From the NCBI GenBank assembly GCA_030704615.1, contig CM060731.1, forward strand, positions 1,922,001 to 1,986,000: a stretch of 64,000 nucleotides of DNA, written 5' to 3'. This DNA is from Takakia lepidozioides. Its lineage: Eukaryota; Plantae; Bryophyta. Made by a program: the position numbers and the translations under genes. Below, piece by piece: positions 27,251 through 40,100 of this stretch. The notes beneath the pieces were generated by a model. The model did no database searches. It had not been told where the DNA came from and saw only the letters and a list, made by a program, of their open reading frames with translations. Numbering within the stretch: the stretch's first letter is position 1; every line of letters begins with the position of its first letter.

Positions 27251-28049
27251 GAAGAAGCTGACTTTCGTCCAATGCAATTTCCACGACCAGGGTAGGACCC
27301 AATATAGGAATTTTGAGAGGCGGGGGAGGAAGAGATAGGAGATTGAAGGCTTGGGGAGAGGAGAGAACCCTTACAGGACCATTTGGACCAACATGCTTGG
27401 ATTGCGCCTGGTGAGCTAGAAAGAATCCAGTGTCGCTTGAAGGTTGCGCTTTCCTCATCATCGGCAAAGATGAATGCTATAGGAACTAGCGCCGCCCCAA
27501 ACGTTCCTTATGCTTGAGACGATTGTTTCCAACGGGGGCCATGAAGCGCTTACGGAAGGAAGAGATGACAGGGCTTGGGAAAATAGAGGGAGAACACCAC
27601 GAGCGGGGGGAATCCAACACAAAGCAAAGAGAAAAAATGAGGAACCGATGAACCGATGAACTAAGACTGAAGAGCAGAGACAACAAAGGTGGCGACAAAG
27701 GTAGAGAGCCAAGGTGGCAACAACATTAATTAAAGATGGCTAGAATGGAGCCGATTAGGGGTTCCAACCTTCTTAGAGGAGATGAAAGAGGAGAGTGAGA
27801 GAGGGAGGGATGAAAAAACCAGAGAAGAGATTTTAGAAAAACTAAGTAGAATTTGAATCATGTGGAGGACGTACGTGAGTCGCCTATCGATGAGAAGCTT
27901 GTAAGCTGAACAAGCAGAAGAAAAGCATGGGACAATGCAAAGATGCGGCTAACAGAGAGAACAAGGAGTAGAAAGATAGGGGAAGACGAAGCCACCGTTG
28001 GAGCATTGCTCCGCAAACCACGGAGCTCCGCCATCGAGCCTTCTTTTTT

Positions 28050-28290
28050 CTATAGTTTTACTATATTCAGTTCACTTCAGATTTATCCTTTTAGTTTTCT
28101 TATATTCAGTTCCCTTCAGATTTATCCCTTCAGTTGTATTATATTTTATTCCCTTCAGATTTATCCCTTCGGTTCTATTATATTCATTTCCTCTCAGTTT
28201 TATCAGAATGTCTTCCATTATATTCAATCCCTTTTGGTTTTATCACATTAAATTCCATTATATTCAATCATCTTCAGATTTATCTGTCCA
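28050..28290 (+). repeat. AT-rich ~38-bp degenerate tandem repeat (tatattcagttcccttcagatttatccctttagtttt)
   Basis: Same unit flanks the Helitrons at 14645-14705 and 15750-15770. Confidence 0.7.
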
Positions 28291-29758
28291 ATTCCACATT
28301 CAATTTCATCTTTTCGCGTTGTTTTTTATATTTAATTTATTATTATTTTCTATTGAGGTGAATATATATATATATTTTTTCGTAAATTTCACATTTGATT
28401 GTTAATTGCTATCCTCAGGGACTATTGTGAGTGCTGACGTTTTGATTTTATGTTTTAAATATTTATCATTTCTATTTCAATAAAATCAGGACCGCCAACA
28501 CTAGCATTTCAGTTTTGTAATTAGGATGAAGCCATTATGCGACTAGCCGTTTGTTCTAAAGAAAAGCCAACAACAAACAAACTATGGAAGACTGAACGAG
28601 AACCTCTAATGAGATTTCCAAATCCAAAGTAATACATAAAAGCCCAATTGGGCAGAGAGAACGTAGTGAGAAGGCGTTGTTGCCGTCACAACCTATCCAT
28701 AAGTTAGGCCCCGCATTTTGTTCGGGTGGAACAACAGATCATAACAGACACTACCTTCATGAGGGGCTCACTCCAGTAGTGGGATTTACCTCAAGTGATG
28801 TACATATTGGTTCGAGGGCTTTCCGGATTTCCTCTCGAAAACCTTTCACATAAGGTGGTACATACCAACCATGCTGCTCAAATAGGGCCACCCCTGAAAG
28901 GAAGCAGTAGCCGTGAGGCGAAGTGGCTATTAGTTACGCCGGTCTCGGCCGGAGTCTTCTCTCTGCTGCTCGAAAAATATCATTAGCCCCTAAGTAAAGG
29001 CTGTGCTTCAACCATATAGCTACTTTTCAATGAAGGCTGTCCAGGTTTTTTGAGGCTGGACATTTCTCTCTATATGAATCTCTCTCTGTTTCTCTACATG
29101 TGTCCAAAAGCCTTGGCCCTGATTGTTGGGCAGGTGACAACGGCAGGTTGATGCCTGTGTGAAGGGCTTTGTAGAGGACATCTGGAAAGCCATAAGTAAT
29201 TGTCTACACCAAGATAAGTCCCACTACAGGAGTGAGCCCCTCACAAAGGTAGTACACTCTTATGTTTCTGTCTTTTTGCCCTGTTTGGAAATTTATGTCA
29301 TGGTGGTGAGGTTAAAGCACATTGCCAATGCATTTCTGTACAAGGGGGCTTCTTGGCGACCATAATTACAAATAGGTCATGGCTGCTATTATTTAGAATC
29401 ATATTTCTCATCTTCGTATGTGTTTGAAAATCTTCAGGCTGTTGGGCTTTCCACTGTCAAATTCAATCAACTCGAAGCTTGGCTGGTTCTGAGGAGATAA
29501 TGCAAGAAGTTAATGCAATTGTGCGATCTCTGACAGCACAATATGCTGCTTTCTGTTATGTTAGTTGGTGTGCATGTATATTTATGTCCATTGGCCACAT
29601 TAATTCATCAATTTGTCACTATCATCTTTGTCACTATGTCACATCAGATTTGAGCTATTACAATTATGTGTGAATGGGCCACAAGATCTTTTGCACTGAT
29701 CTTTGCGACCTCACACGCGTCGCTTTAGAAAAGCGACGTTTTTCCCCCAAGACTGAAT

Positions 29759-29830
29759 GAGGTTTACTATTTCATGAGCAGAAACCATGAGCCATGAGCC
29801 ATGAGCCGCATGAGCCGCATGAGCGGTGAG
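29759..29830 (+). repeat. Left TIR plus subterminal CATGAGC tandem repeats
   Basis: catgagc repeated about 6 times directly inside the TIR. Confidence 0.88.
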
Positions 29831-30610
29831 CCAAAGTCTAAGATACGCGGATTTCATGAGCGGACTCCTCCAAATTTGGAAATGCGGCAGATTAAACAAG
29901 TATTAAAATAATAGTTTTTTAATTTGACCTTGCCATTTTTGGACGTTCCAGATCATGTAATGCGGCGAAGATATGTTGTCAGTAACAAGTCCGCTCATGG
30001 TTTTATAGATCCGCTCATGGAAATAAGTGACCGTGCAACGGGAAATCCAGTATACCACTGCAAAAGGACGTCGCATACTGGCCTGTATAGAGTATTCCGC
30101 GGTTTTACATGCCTTAACATTGGAATGAAGCTGACCCTTTTGCCGCGATTGAACCAATGGAGTCTGCACCAATACAGTCTGCAGTACTTCACAATTCTGT
30201 CTTCTTCGGGTATTCGGCGGGAAAGGTTTGCAACTGAACTGGGAAATAAGGTGCCGCATTAGGGTTCGTACGTGTGAAGTTTTGGAGCGGTTTGGTGTTG
30301 GCGAAGGCCGCCTCTACCAGTACCTACGACGATACTTGGAAATGCGGCGCCGCATTTCCTTGTCGGAGGTCGAATGAGGAAAGCAAGTTTTCGGAAAGCA
30401 GAAAAACATGAACCCTCCAACATACAAAAATACATGCACGTGGAAACAAGTGAACGATATAGTAATATCTTAGTTCGAGCAAAACAGGTTACTGGTAGGC
30501 AAGACATATGTCGGACCTTTCTGTGGCCAGAGTCTGAGGTACTGGCAGCAGTACAGTTCTACTATCCGAAAAGGATGGGCGTACCATTGTATTGGGACCG
30601 CAAGCCAAGC

Positions 30611-33600
30611 TCACTGGTCCCCTGGATCCATATTCAGAAGAGTGTGAACCTCCTGGGGGCTCAACCTTGGTGCATGTATGAAGTGATGAGTTGTGGAATT
30701 ACAACGGAGTCTCTTTAGGTACACGTAGTACAAATGCTTGCAAGGGCAGTATGATGCCCCCTTGTTCGCCATGATCTGGAAGTCGGTGCAATTGCAGGTG
30801 GGTAATTCTGAAATGGTGATGGTGTACACCTCATTGCGAACAGTTGAGCCCGCCGTGGCCATCTGATACACACGCCCGAATCCTGGTGGGGGCACTTCTG
30901 TCGAGCTCTGGATTGTACAGTTCATCCGAAGTGCATTCCCCATCCTTGTCTCGTTCACTTTTGAGGGAGGTCGCCGCCTCTTCGGTTTCCCCCAACGGTG
31001 TGTAGGATGCTTAGAGCTGTCGTGTCCCATTGTTCTTGCTCTCACAGGGGTCGGTGGTGGAGGCTGTGGAAGCGGAAATGGTTGTCTGGGGATGTCAGTG
31101 CGCTGCACCATCCGAAATCCTGCGGCGGTAAGGGCGTCGGCCTCAACCTGACTCAGATCGCAGCCTGGTTCCACCGGCCACACCGGGGGAGCCTCTGGCA
31201 TTGTTTGTATGCCGTACTTGGGCTTTCCATACACGCAAGTCATAATGTCGTGCCTGCAGAACCAGAACTGGGTGGTTGTCGCCTCCGCAAACTTTGCATG
31301 GACAAATCTTCCTGTAAAAGTAGGAGCAGGGACAGCCCCATCTGGATTCCTCCTTATCATCTCTAAACAACGTTGCCGTGTATCCACACGAATTGCGGAA
31401 CACCTTCCTCGAAACGACGGCTTTGTGCAAGCAATTCTCCACTGTGATGCAGACACAGTCGTCTCCACAATGGCTTGGCCATACTGCATAACAGTGGGCG
31501 GAATATGGGGCAAGGGAGCGGTGGGAATTTCTCGCACGAAATCCCCGGTTGAAGGCGACGGCGATCTGGAATTTCTTGGGCTTCCACTGCTGGAAGACAC
31601 ATTGTGCGGCAACATGACGGGACCTCGAGGTGCTGTCCGAATGTTCATGTCGGATCTCCAGGAATCCTCTTCGCACCCGGGTTCCTCTTCAATCCTCCGC
31701 CTGACAGGGCGAGTCCGGACGTCCCCTCTAGGTGTTCACCTCTGCGGTGCAGAGGCGTCCCTTTGATCTTCTCTCGCAATGCTGTCGCCCATTTCAGTGG
31801 ATTCTTGGACCTCGAAGCTGTTCGTACCAACAATTCCTCCCTGTCCGGCCCAAAGCCCCATTGTTTGCCGCTCAGGAACTTGTAGTACGTGGCTTGCTGC
31901 ATGATTGCTCTGTCGATGTCCTCCGTTGTGGCCGTCACTACGTCCACCAGATGTGCGGCACAAGACGCTCGCCAGGAGGAGTGGACCGATTCTGCCATAT
32001 TCGTGGTCGGCATGTCCGTGTCGGAATCCAAGCACCGCTCCTAGAAGGACACAAACAATGGTGAGGGACCAATCAAAATGTCCGTAACAGAAAGACAAAT
32101 GAACGAAAATGACAGCAACCTACCTCCCGCATGTACTGTCCGAACTGTCGATACCGAAAATGCCACCACCCCAACCAGCTGTGCAATGCTCCCAGATTGG
32201 TTGTCTCCACTGCACCTGACGTGTTCCACCAAGCCTCGATGATAGCAAACTTAACCTCCGCGTCATCAAATGTGGGTGCATCCTTCCACGCCGTACAAAG
32301 GACACGGTGTTCAGCCTGGAATGAGCTAGCAACAAATTTGGTAGTGTAGTGGGATAGAATCTGCATCCAATGGAATCCACAGGATCTCTCTTTCCCCTCC
32401 ATTGGAACATTGGGGTCCTCACCGTACACACGCCGCACCGTTGCCCAGTTGGCCTGAGCGTTGTCTGCCATGAATCCCCTGAAATTGGGCTCTGGCAATC
32501 CCGCCCTTGCCATCTGCTCGTTTATGCCCTCCCACAGATGCATCTCGGACTGTGTGTCCTCCCCTTTCATCTCGCAGATTGCAATCATCATGAGCCTCTT
32601 GGAGTGATAGTCATAAACATGCGCACCCATAGTCACCCACTGATGGTTTGTAATTCGCTTGATGTGATCAAACATCACCCAAGCATTCGACAAGTTTCCA
32701 GTTGTCATGCGAGTGACCAAGTCGACTCCACTCCCAGGGCCACACGTCGACATTTTGAAAATGTAACAACGATCGGATTCGCTGCCTTGCCCTGGAAACC
32801 TGCTACCTTGGATGTAGTCATATCCAGTCATTCGTTTCACCTCCAGGATTGAGTCATGTCCGACCCCTTGCCGAACTCCTGCTTGCAAGATACGATGTGA
32901 TTCCGCACATTCGGACTACAAACGTGCGAGACGGACTCCAAGAGGTCACGCATCTCGTCTTCGGTCAAGGGCTCTCGGTCGGAACCATCTTCAGACATGA
33001 TTTTGCCAAGAGCAATCTTGTGGGCTGCCTTTAGCTGAATCTGCTTTGGTCTGGCTCCGGGCTCAATTTCACCTCCTCTTTTATGATGTCGTGTGCTTCC
33101 TGCACAGCCTCACGCATGTTGCCTCTCGCCAAGGGGTGGCAGTGGACCCCAACGTGTATGCAAGCTCTAGTCAAGTCCGGGAGCAAATGGATTACGTAAT
33201 ATTGCTTGGCTCTGCACATGGACATGCACGTCGGTGGTTCTTTGCAATGTGCACACTTGAAAGAACCCGCAGGAGCTTGGCTGGAGACAATGAATGGATG
33301 ATGCGTTGTGCCAGTCCAATCCGTCTCGTTTCTCTCGCCCTCCTTTGGAGAGAAAGTGGAAGCAGGTGGGATTGAGGCACCTCAGCTTCCCCGCACAGAG
33401 GACATATCGTACACGAACACCATCAGCAATTTTGTGCTACTGGTCTTCGTCACACACCAGGGGTGTCCGTCATGCTTTCGATCCATGTCTGTTAACATCC
33501 CGGAGGCTTTGTTTGACGAAGAAACAGGTGGAAACTCGAAGATGACATTGCCATCGACTTCGGGAGGCAGAAACGTTACCTTTCTGACTGGGAATTTGGC

Positions 33601-34753
33601 ATAGTCGAGAGCAGCCAGCTCGGAGCGAGAACCATCGAGGTGATGTTGTCGTAGGAGCTGCACAATGGACCGGGTTGGAGTTATGCTCGAGGGCACATGC
33701 GTAGCACCTACAGAGACGTCCATGCCGGATTTGAACGACCGTGTGGAGGACATGGGTACCTCAATGCAATCATCTTCCTCGTCGGAAATGTCGAATACGT
33801 CCACACGAGAAGCTATGGAGGGTCTTGACGGTCCAGGTCGGGAATGATTATCGTTACATACCTCTCTGTTGGCAGTGGCCGCCTGTCGGTTTCCGGACTC
33901 CTTTGTGGATGGTGTGGGCAGCGACTAATTCGGAAAGGGAATGGGCATTCCCACAGCTTGGTACAGGATGGTGTCTGATGGGGGTACGTGCCATTCGATT
34001 CCGCAACCTCCGTCGTTACCTAGCACGACAATGGTCTTGTCAATTGAGTAGTCCTTTGTCTCGAAGACAACAGAGTCATCATCACAAACTGTATTGACGA
34101 ATACCATGGATATGTCGTCGAACCGATTCTTTGGTGCAAGTCCCAACCGTGATATGGCATCAGAAAATTTCTGGTTCCCCCCTAGCTGTGTGTAATGGGA
34201 CCTGAAGCTCGTGCGTAGAATCGCCAGGGCATTCTGGTTATCCTCGAAGGTCTGCTTGCACGACAAGACATACTTCTTGAAGGCAACAGTCATTGGCTGC
34301 GTCTCCATATTCATCTTCTGTTTATTAACAATGTAGTCGTTCCCGAGCCTATCTCGAAATGTTTCAAACTCAGCTTTGTTGTCCAGGAACATCCTTCCTT
34401 TCTTCTTCCAAATAAACTGTGCCCGGTTTGAGCTTGAATTTGGAACAAAGGTAAGTTTCAGTCACTCTGCAAAGTCCTCCCTCGTTTGGGATCCAGGCTC
34501 TCCCAAGTTGCGGAGGACAACAAACTATAGCGTAGGAATTCGGAGCCATCGAACACCGCACGAAGTTGGCAAGTGCGAGCTTCAGTATAGCGACAGACCA
34601 AGGCTCACAGGCACCATGCGGAGTCCATCGACGATTGGAAGTCGCACATTGAAGTGGAAAGTATTGTTTCAAGCTACATGCATGAAGGTGGGAGGTTTGA
34701 TTCCATAGCCAGTAAGTATGACAATGATGGCCGATTCGGCGACGAAATAACAT
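30611..34753 (-). CDS. MULE transposase: GCM/WRKY-like zinc domain, DDE core, Cys-rich domain, SWIM finger (frameshifted, one or more introns)
   Basis: DGHPWCVTKTS...RACIHVGVHCHP; VMFDHIKR (D1), GFMADNAQAN (D2), SCGFHW (CxxH), TTNMAESVH (E) after an intron at ~32042-32124; CNCTDF...PCKH SWIM; start codon uncertain. Confidence 0.88.
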
Positions 34754-34966
34754 CTCCTAACAGTTTCTCCTGAGGGTGGATCCAGCAGTATTCTCGGTGC
34801 AGACAGGAACGTTCGCACTGACAAGTGCCAGTACTGTTAGTTAAAACGGTCAGACAACCAAGTTGTGCTCATCAAGACTGGCCCCAATTGTGTTGTTTCG
34901 GAACAATGCAACCCATTCAAGTTCCAGATTTCCCGTCCCGAGTGATTCTTTCGATTGCTGGTGGAC

Positions 34967-36488
34967 GGAAATACGGCGCCGCATTTCCGTATTGCATCTT
35001 GGTCATGCACCAGAGCGACGGAAATGCGGCACCGAGTTTCCGTCTGGGGGAAACCTTTATACTCTCCAGAACGGAAATGCAGTAACGCATTTCCATCCAG
35101 CAAGCACGGTATGTGAAGGTGGAACGGAAATGCGGTACCGCATTTCCGTTCTGATTGAGAATTATGAACAACGGGAACAGAAATGCGGCGCCGCATTTCC
35201 ATTTTGTATCTGATGCATGGAGCTGAGGGATAGAAATGCTGCACCACATTTCCGTCCTCACAAGACATTCATACTCTCCAGAACGGAAATGCAGTAACGC
35301 ATTTCCATCCAACAAGCACGGTATGTGAAGGTGGAACGGAAATGCGGTACCGCATTTCCGTTCTGATTGAGAATTATGAACAACGGGAACAGAAATGCGG
35401 CACCGCATTTCTGTCGGAGTCGCACTTTCCGACATTCCAGAACGGAAATGCGGCGACGCATTTCCATTTTGTATCTGATGCATGGAGCCAAGTGCAATTC
35501 CGACCGCTTGAGACAGCGCAATTCCGACCACTTGAGACATTCATACTATCCAGAACGGAAATGCGGTACCGCATTTCCGTTCTGACTGACAATCGTGAAC
35601 CATCGGAACTGAAATGCGCCAGCGCATTTCCATCCAAGTCGCACCTCCCAACATTCCAGAACGCAAATGCGGCACCGCATTTCCGTTCTGATGAAAAATC
35701 GTGAAACATTGGAACTGAAATGCGGTACCGCATTTCCGTCGGAGTCGCACCTTCTGACATTCCAAAACGGAAATGCGACGCCGCATTTCCGTTTTGTATA
35801 TGAGGCATGGAGCTGTGGAACGAAAATGCGGCACAGCATTTCCGCCAGGGTCAGACCTTAATACTCTACAGAACGGAAATGCGGTACCGCATTTCCGTTC
35901 TGACTGAAAATCGGAACAACGGGAACAGAAATGCGGCACCGCATTTCCGTCCGAGTCGCACCTTCCGACATTCTAGAACGGAAATGCGGCGCCGCATTTC
36001 CGTTTTGTATATGAGGCCTGGAGCTTTGGGATGGAAATGTGGTGCCGCATTTCCATCCATGTGAGACCTTCAAACTTTCCAGACCGGAAATGCGGCACCG
36101 CATTTCTGTTCAGGTGAGACCTCTATACTTTCCCGAACGGAAATGTGGCACGGCATTTCCGTTCATCAACTAAGGTATGTGAATGGGGAACGGAAATGCG
36201 GTACCGCATTTCCGTTCACATTGAAAATCATGAACCACGGGGATTGAAATATTGTGCCGCATTTCCGTCCGAATCGCACCTTTCGACATTCCAGAACGGA
36301 AATGCGGCGCCGCATTTCCCTTTTGTATCTCATACATGGAGCATGGGACGGAAATGCGGCACCGTATTTCCGTTCAACAACTAAGGTATGTGAAGGTGGA
36401 ACAGAAATGCGGTGCCGCATTTTCTTCCAACAAGTACGGATGTGTAGCTTCGTGATGGTACTTAACGGAAATGCGGCGCCGCATTCGC
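34967..36488. repeat. Phased array of ~28 palindromes GGAAATGCGGYRCCGCATTTCC, 53-bp period
   Basis: Starts at 34967, 35020, 35073, 35126, 35179, 35232, 35285, 35338, 35391, 35444, then 35557 onward at 52-53-bp steps to 36403, and 36467. Confidence 0.95.
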
Positions 36489-37129
36489 ATTTTCACTCCA
36501 ACTCATCAGATGCTGGGACGGAAATGCCTTGAAATGTGAACACGTGGAGCAACGGAATTGCGGCACATGTCGGCACTCTATCTGACTGAAGTGGCATGAG
36601 GCGGCGCGGCCTGACCGTTGGATAATGATGTTTGTTTTTCGGACGGCAGGCGTACCCTGAACGATTCGAATTTCGTAATGACGCAAAGTCCACGAGGAGA
36701 CACTTTCGTCCAACCCTTTCGAACCCAAGTGGTGCATCACCGCCGTTTCATCTACTTTTGTCGTGTCTCCTCAGTCACCCCTCTCGCGCCTTTCCATCTG
36801 CACTCTTTGCCCCTTTTCCCTGTCTCTGTTCTTCTTATGCTCGAACCTGAGAGGGGGGGAGTTCGTGCACCAGACAGGAGACCTCGTCGCAAGCTCCAAA
36901 ATTATACTTCGGACGTAGGCCAATGCCGAAGGGGAGGAAGCAGATGCGTCTACAGGAGGAGATTGCCATCTCCGAGCAGTAGGCCACTCAGGCAACCCAG
37001 CCACCAGTGAGAGCTCCATGCGATCGGGCTGCGCGCAGCTGATCGAGCACCAACCCCCCATTTTGCTTCTGTAATTCTTAGACTGAATGCTAGGAGACTT
37101 GAATGCAGAACATGTTTGCATGCCTAACA

Positions 37130-40100
37130 GGAAAGGTGGACGTGCTGGAGGGATCGCAGGAATCCAAGAGCCGCAGGAAGAGTCCGAGGAGCTAGCTGCA
37201 GCACGTACACCCACCCGATCCCCGAGCGCGGGTATTCCTGCCGGGCCTAGCCCTGTGCGTTTCAAAGACGCGGCTTCGAAGGGCAAGTTCAAAGCCCCAG
37301 AGATCGACTCGCGTTCTTTGGTCATGGAGAATCGCCAGCAAGGGTCGGCCCTTCTCCAGCAAAGTCGAAGAAGAAGCAGCCCGTCCCTCTACTGGTTTCT
37401 GAACCGGCTCAGGCCGATTCACCCCCCCCAACGCGAATGAAGCAGCAGGGTAAAAGACAGATTCAATTGCAGCAGACACCTTCACCTGCAAGGATGAGGA
37501 AGCAGAAGGCAATCAGGGCGACGGCCGAACAATCTCCCGCAAAACCGCTTCCACGAGCTGAAGCTCAGTTCCTGGAGGATTTCCCGCCTGCAGATGTTGG
37601 GGCCGTCTCTGCTGCAGCGAAGGCAATGGGATCGACCGTTTTTGTCGATTTGGTACCGGAGGGGTGCTGCCGCTGAACGTTCGCAGCAAGACCTCACCAC
37701 CGATGAGCAAGCAGGCCCGGAGGAGGCCTCTGCAATGGCAGAATTGCCCGCAAACAGGCCCCAGAGTGCAGCTCCAGTTGAGGATGCTCCAGCTGCTCAG
37801 CCACTACCGGGACCTACAGACATGTCTCCGGAGGATTTCAAAAGTGCAGCGGATAAAATGTTGGAGGATACACACAGTAGCATTGGCAGAGTTCTGGGCA
37901 GCAAAGTATTCCAGCGGACTCTTCGAATCCCACTCTGTCGCATGGTCTCCCTTCCCATCGTCAGGCAGGCCCTTCCCGGAGATGTGGATAAGCTCAAGTT
38001 CGCATTTCGAGAAGGGTACCGTCTGGGATCGGCAGCGTTTTACGTTTCCATTGAGAATGAGGACGGCGAAACTCGTGGACCCACTGCCGATGAATTGTCA
38101 ACGTGGGATACCCACTGGCACACTCGCAACAACGAATTCGAGGCGACGCTGAAGGGTGATCCAGACTTCGGCCATATGTCGGGTAAAATGTTCTTTGTGT
38201 GGGACGGGAATCACCGACTTCTTGCCTGGTGGGAGTACATCAAGCAGAACCATGCCAAGCACATTGGCTGGCATTATATGGTGGAGTGTGTCATCCTCAA
38301 GGTGAAGGCGGCAGACTCCTCCCTGCTCAAGAATGCCATGGCGGACCTCAACTTGTAAGATACTCATACCCTCCCTAGCACGTTCGAAATGCGGTGCCGC
38401 ATTTCGGTTTCCATTCTGGTTTGTTTCCGTGCTTCCGTGTACTGAACTGGAGAGTGTGCCTTGCAGGGTCACTGAGAATGCGTACGTGCATACCCACATG
38501 GCACATATGCTGTACAGGGTGAGGAAAACTGGTCTCACTGATCCGCAGATGTTTGCGGAAATGCTGGAGCCCGAGCTCATTCAGAAAGCCGTTGCAAAAC
38601 AGACCGGACATGGTATCGTCTCACTATGGATGGAATGGTGGAGGTGATATACGAAGTAAGTCGTCCTCCAATTTCCCTCTGCTCATCCTTCCCCAATTTC
38701 CAGTAATCTTTCCACATGAATCGAATGTAACGCTTCTGCATGTTTTTGTTGGCAGTCAAACATCAAGCTGGATTTGGCCCATGCCAAACGCTTCTTCATG
38801 GAAAGTGAGGGGCAGGTGAAAACGTTGCAGTCATTGACTGAGCACTTGAAGGAAGCCGGTGTCAAGTCCAGAACCAAATACAAGTCAAAGCTTGTGAAGC
38901 TCGTGGCAATTGCAGATCCGGCACTTGGAAAGGACTTCATCCCCGAGATTGCAAAACACTATTCTCGGGCCATGCAGCCGACCATGCAATTGGAGAAACT
39001 GCATCACCTCTCAACGGCATGTGTTGAGGCGAAAAAGAAGGTGAGGTTTCAATGCACTGAAGTTCCTTCCTAGCAATAGCCACTCTCTTCCAGCTCCTGA
39101 CATTGGATCGGAAATGGCAGACACGGTGGCTGTCGATCTGGAATGCATCCGAGAGCATAAGGACAATGTGGTCTTTTCCACTCAAAGTTTCCGACCCTGC
39201 AGTGGATGTGTGGCTCAACCGCATGACTTGGTGGTTCCAGGTAATTCAAGGTACTTCCCCAGATTTGCTTTTCTGAAATGAATTCCCTGAACTGCTACGT
39301 GACAATGCATTTGGGAATCGCAGGTAATGTCGAATGCGAAGGAGCAAGTCGTAATGCACACAAATTCGTTCGGCTTGTACGTCAAATGGGATGGAACACA
39401 GACATTGGAAGACTACGTGACACGTTTCAGATGTGCGTACAAGGACAACCTCTTCGCCAGAGAGCTACAGACAGCAAGAAGGAGCGTGGAGTTTACACAT
39501 CAGGAGGGAGCGGGGAAAGCTGCAATGCGAATTGTTTACAGGTGAAGCACAGCTGCCCTTGTATGCGAAGCCTGGTTACGAGGTTTGTCTCAGGAAATGC
39601 GGCACCGCATTCGCATTTTATGTTTTCGGTGGCACTCTGCGAGTAGGTTCGTCAATCTTATGCTCACGCATGCTGACTGCCTTGCAGGTATATGAAATAC
39701 GTGCTCCTTCAGACAGGGGCCCTGGCTCAAGAGCCCCCGTCTTCATGGCTTGGACCGTGGCGGGCCCAAGCTGTGTCTACACACCCGAGATGCAGAAACA
39801 ATGGCATCCCGCGCATCTCGTTGGATGCCCCTGGTACCTGGATATGTCTGGCGGTATTGTTGACGAGTCTGAGAAAGATCTGCACGCCTTGGCAGAAGAG
39901 AAGAGAAAGGAAAGACGTGTCCCTGCTGGGCCAAAGTCGGCAAAGGAATCTGCTGCTCTGGAAGAATCCAGAAAGGCAGCTGAGATGGCACAAAAGACGG
40001 TGGATGCAGCTGTGCAGGCCCAACAGAAGGGGTCGAAGAAGAGGACTCGCCAGCAAGGAGCAGCTGTTGTGACACCCGCCAAAACGAAGAAGCAGAAACA

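Noticed and set aside
15770-28050. TIRs and TSD for family-A element
   Set aside because: No convincing inverted termini found by eye; boundaries left undefined
34967-36488. True CRISPR array
   Set aside because: No cas genes, eukaryotic intron-containing context, spacers recur as about 5 paralogous types, and the repeat is also dispersed outside the array
34825-36740. Many overlapping ORFs (EMRRRIS / KCGAAF / GNAAPHF), likewise at 42-43 kb and 59-61 kb
   Set aside because: Six-frame translations of the stop-free palindrome, not genes
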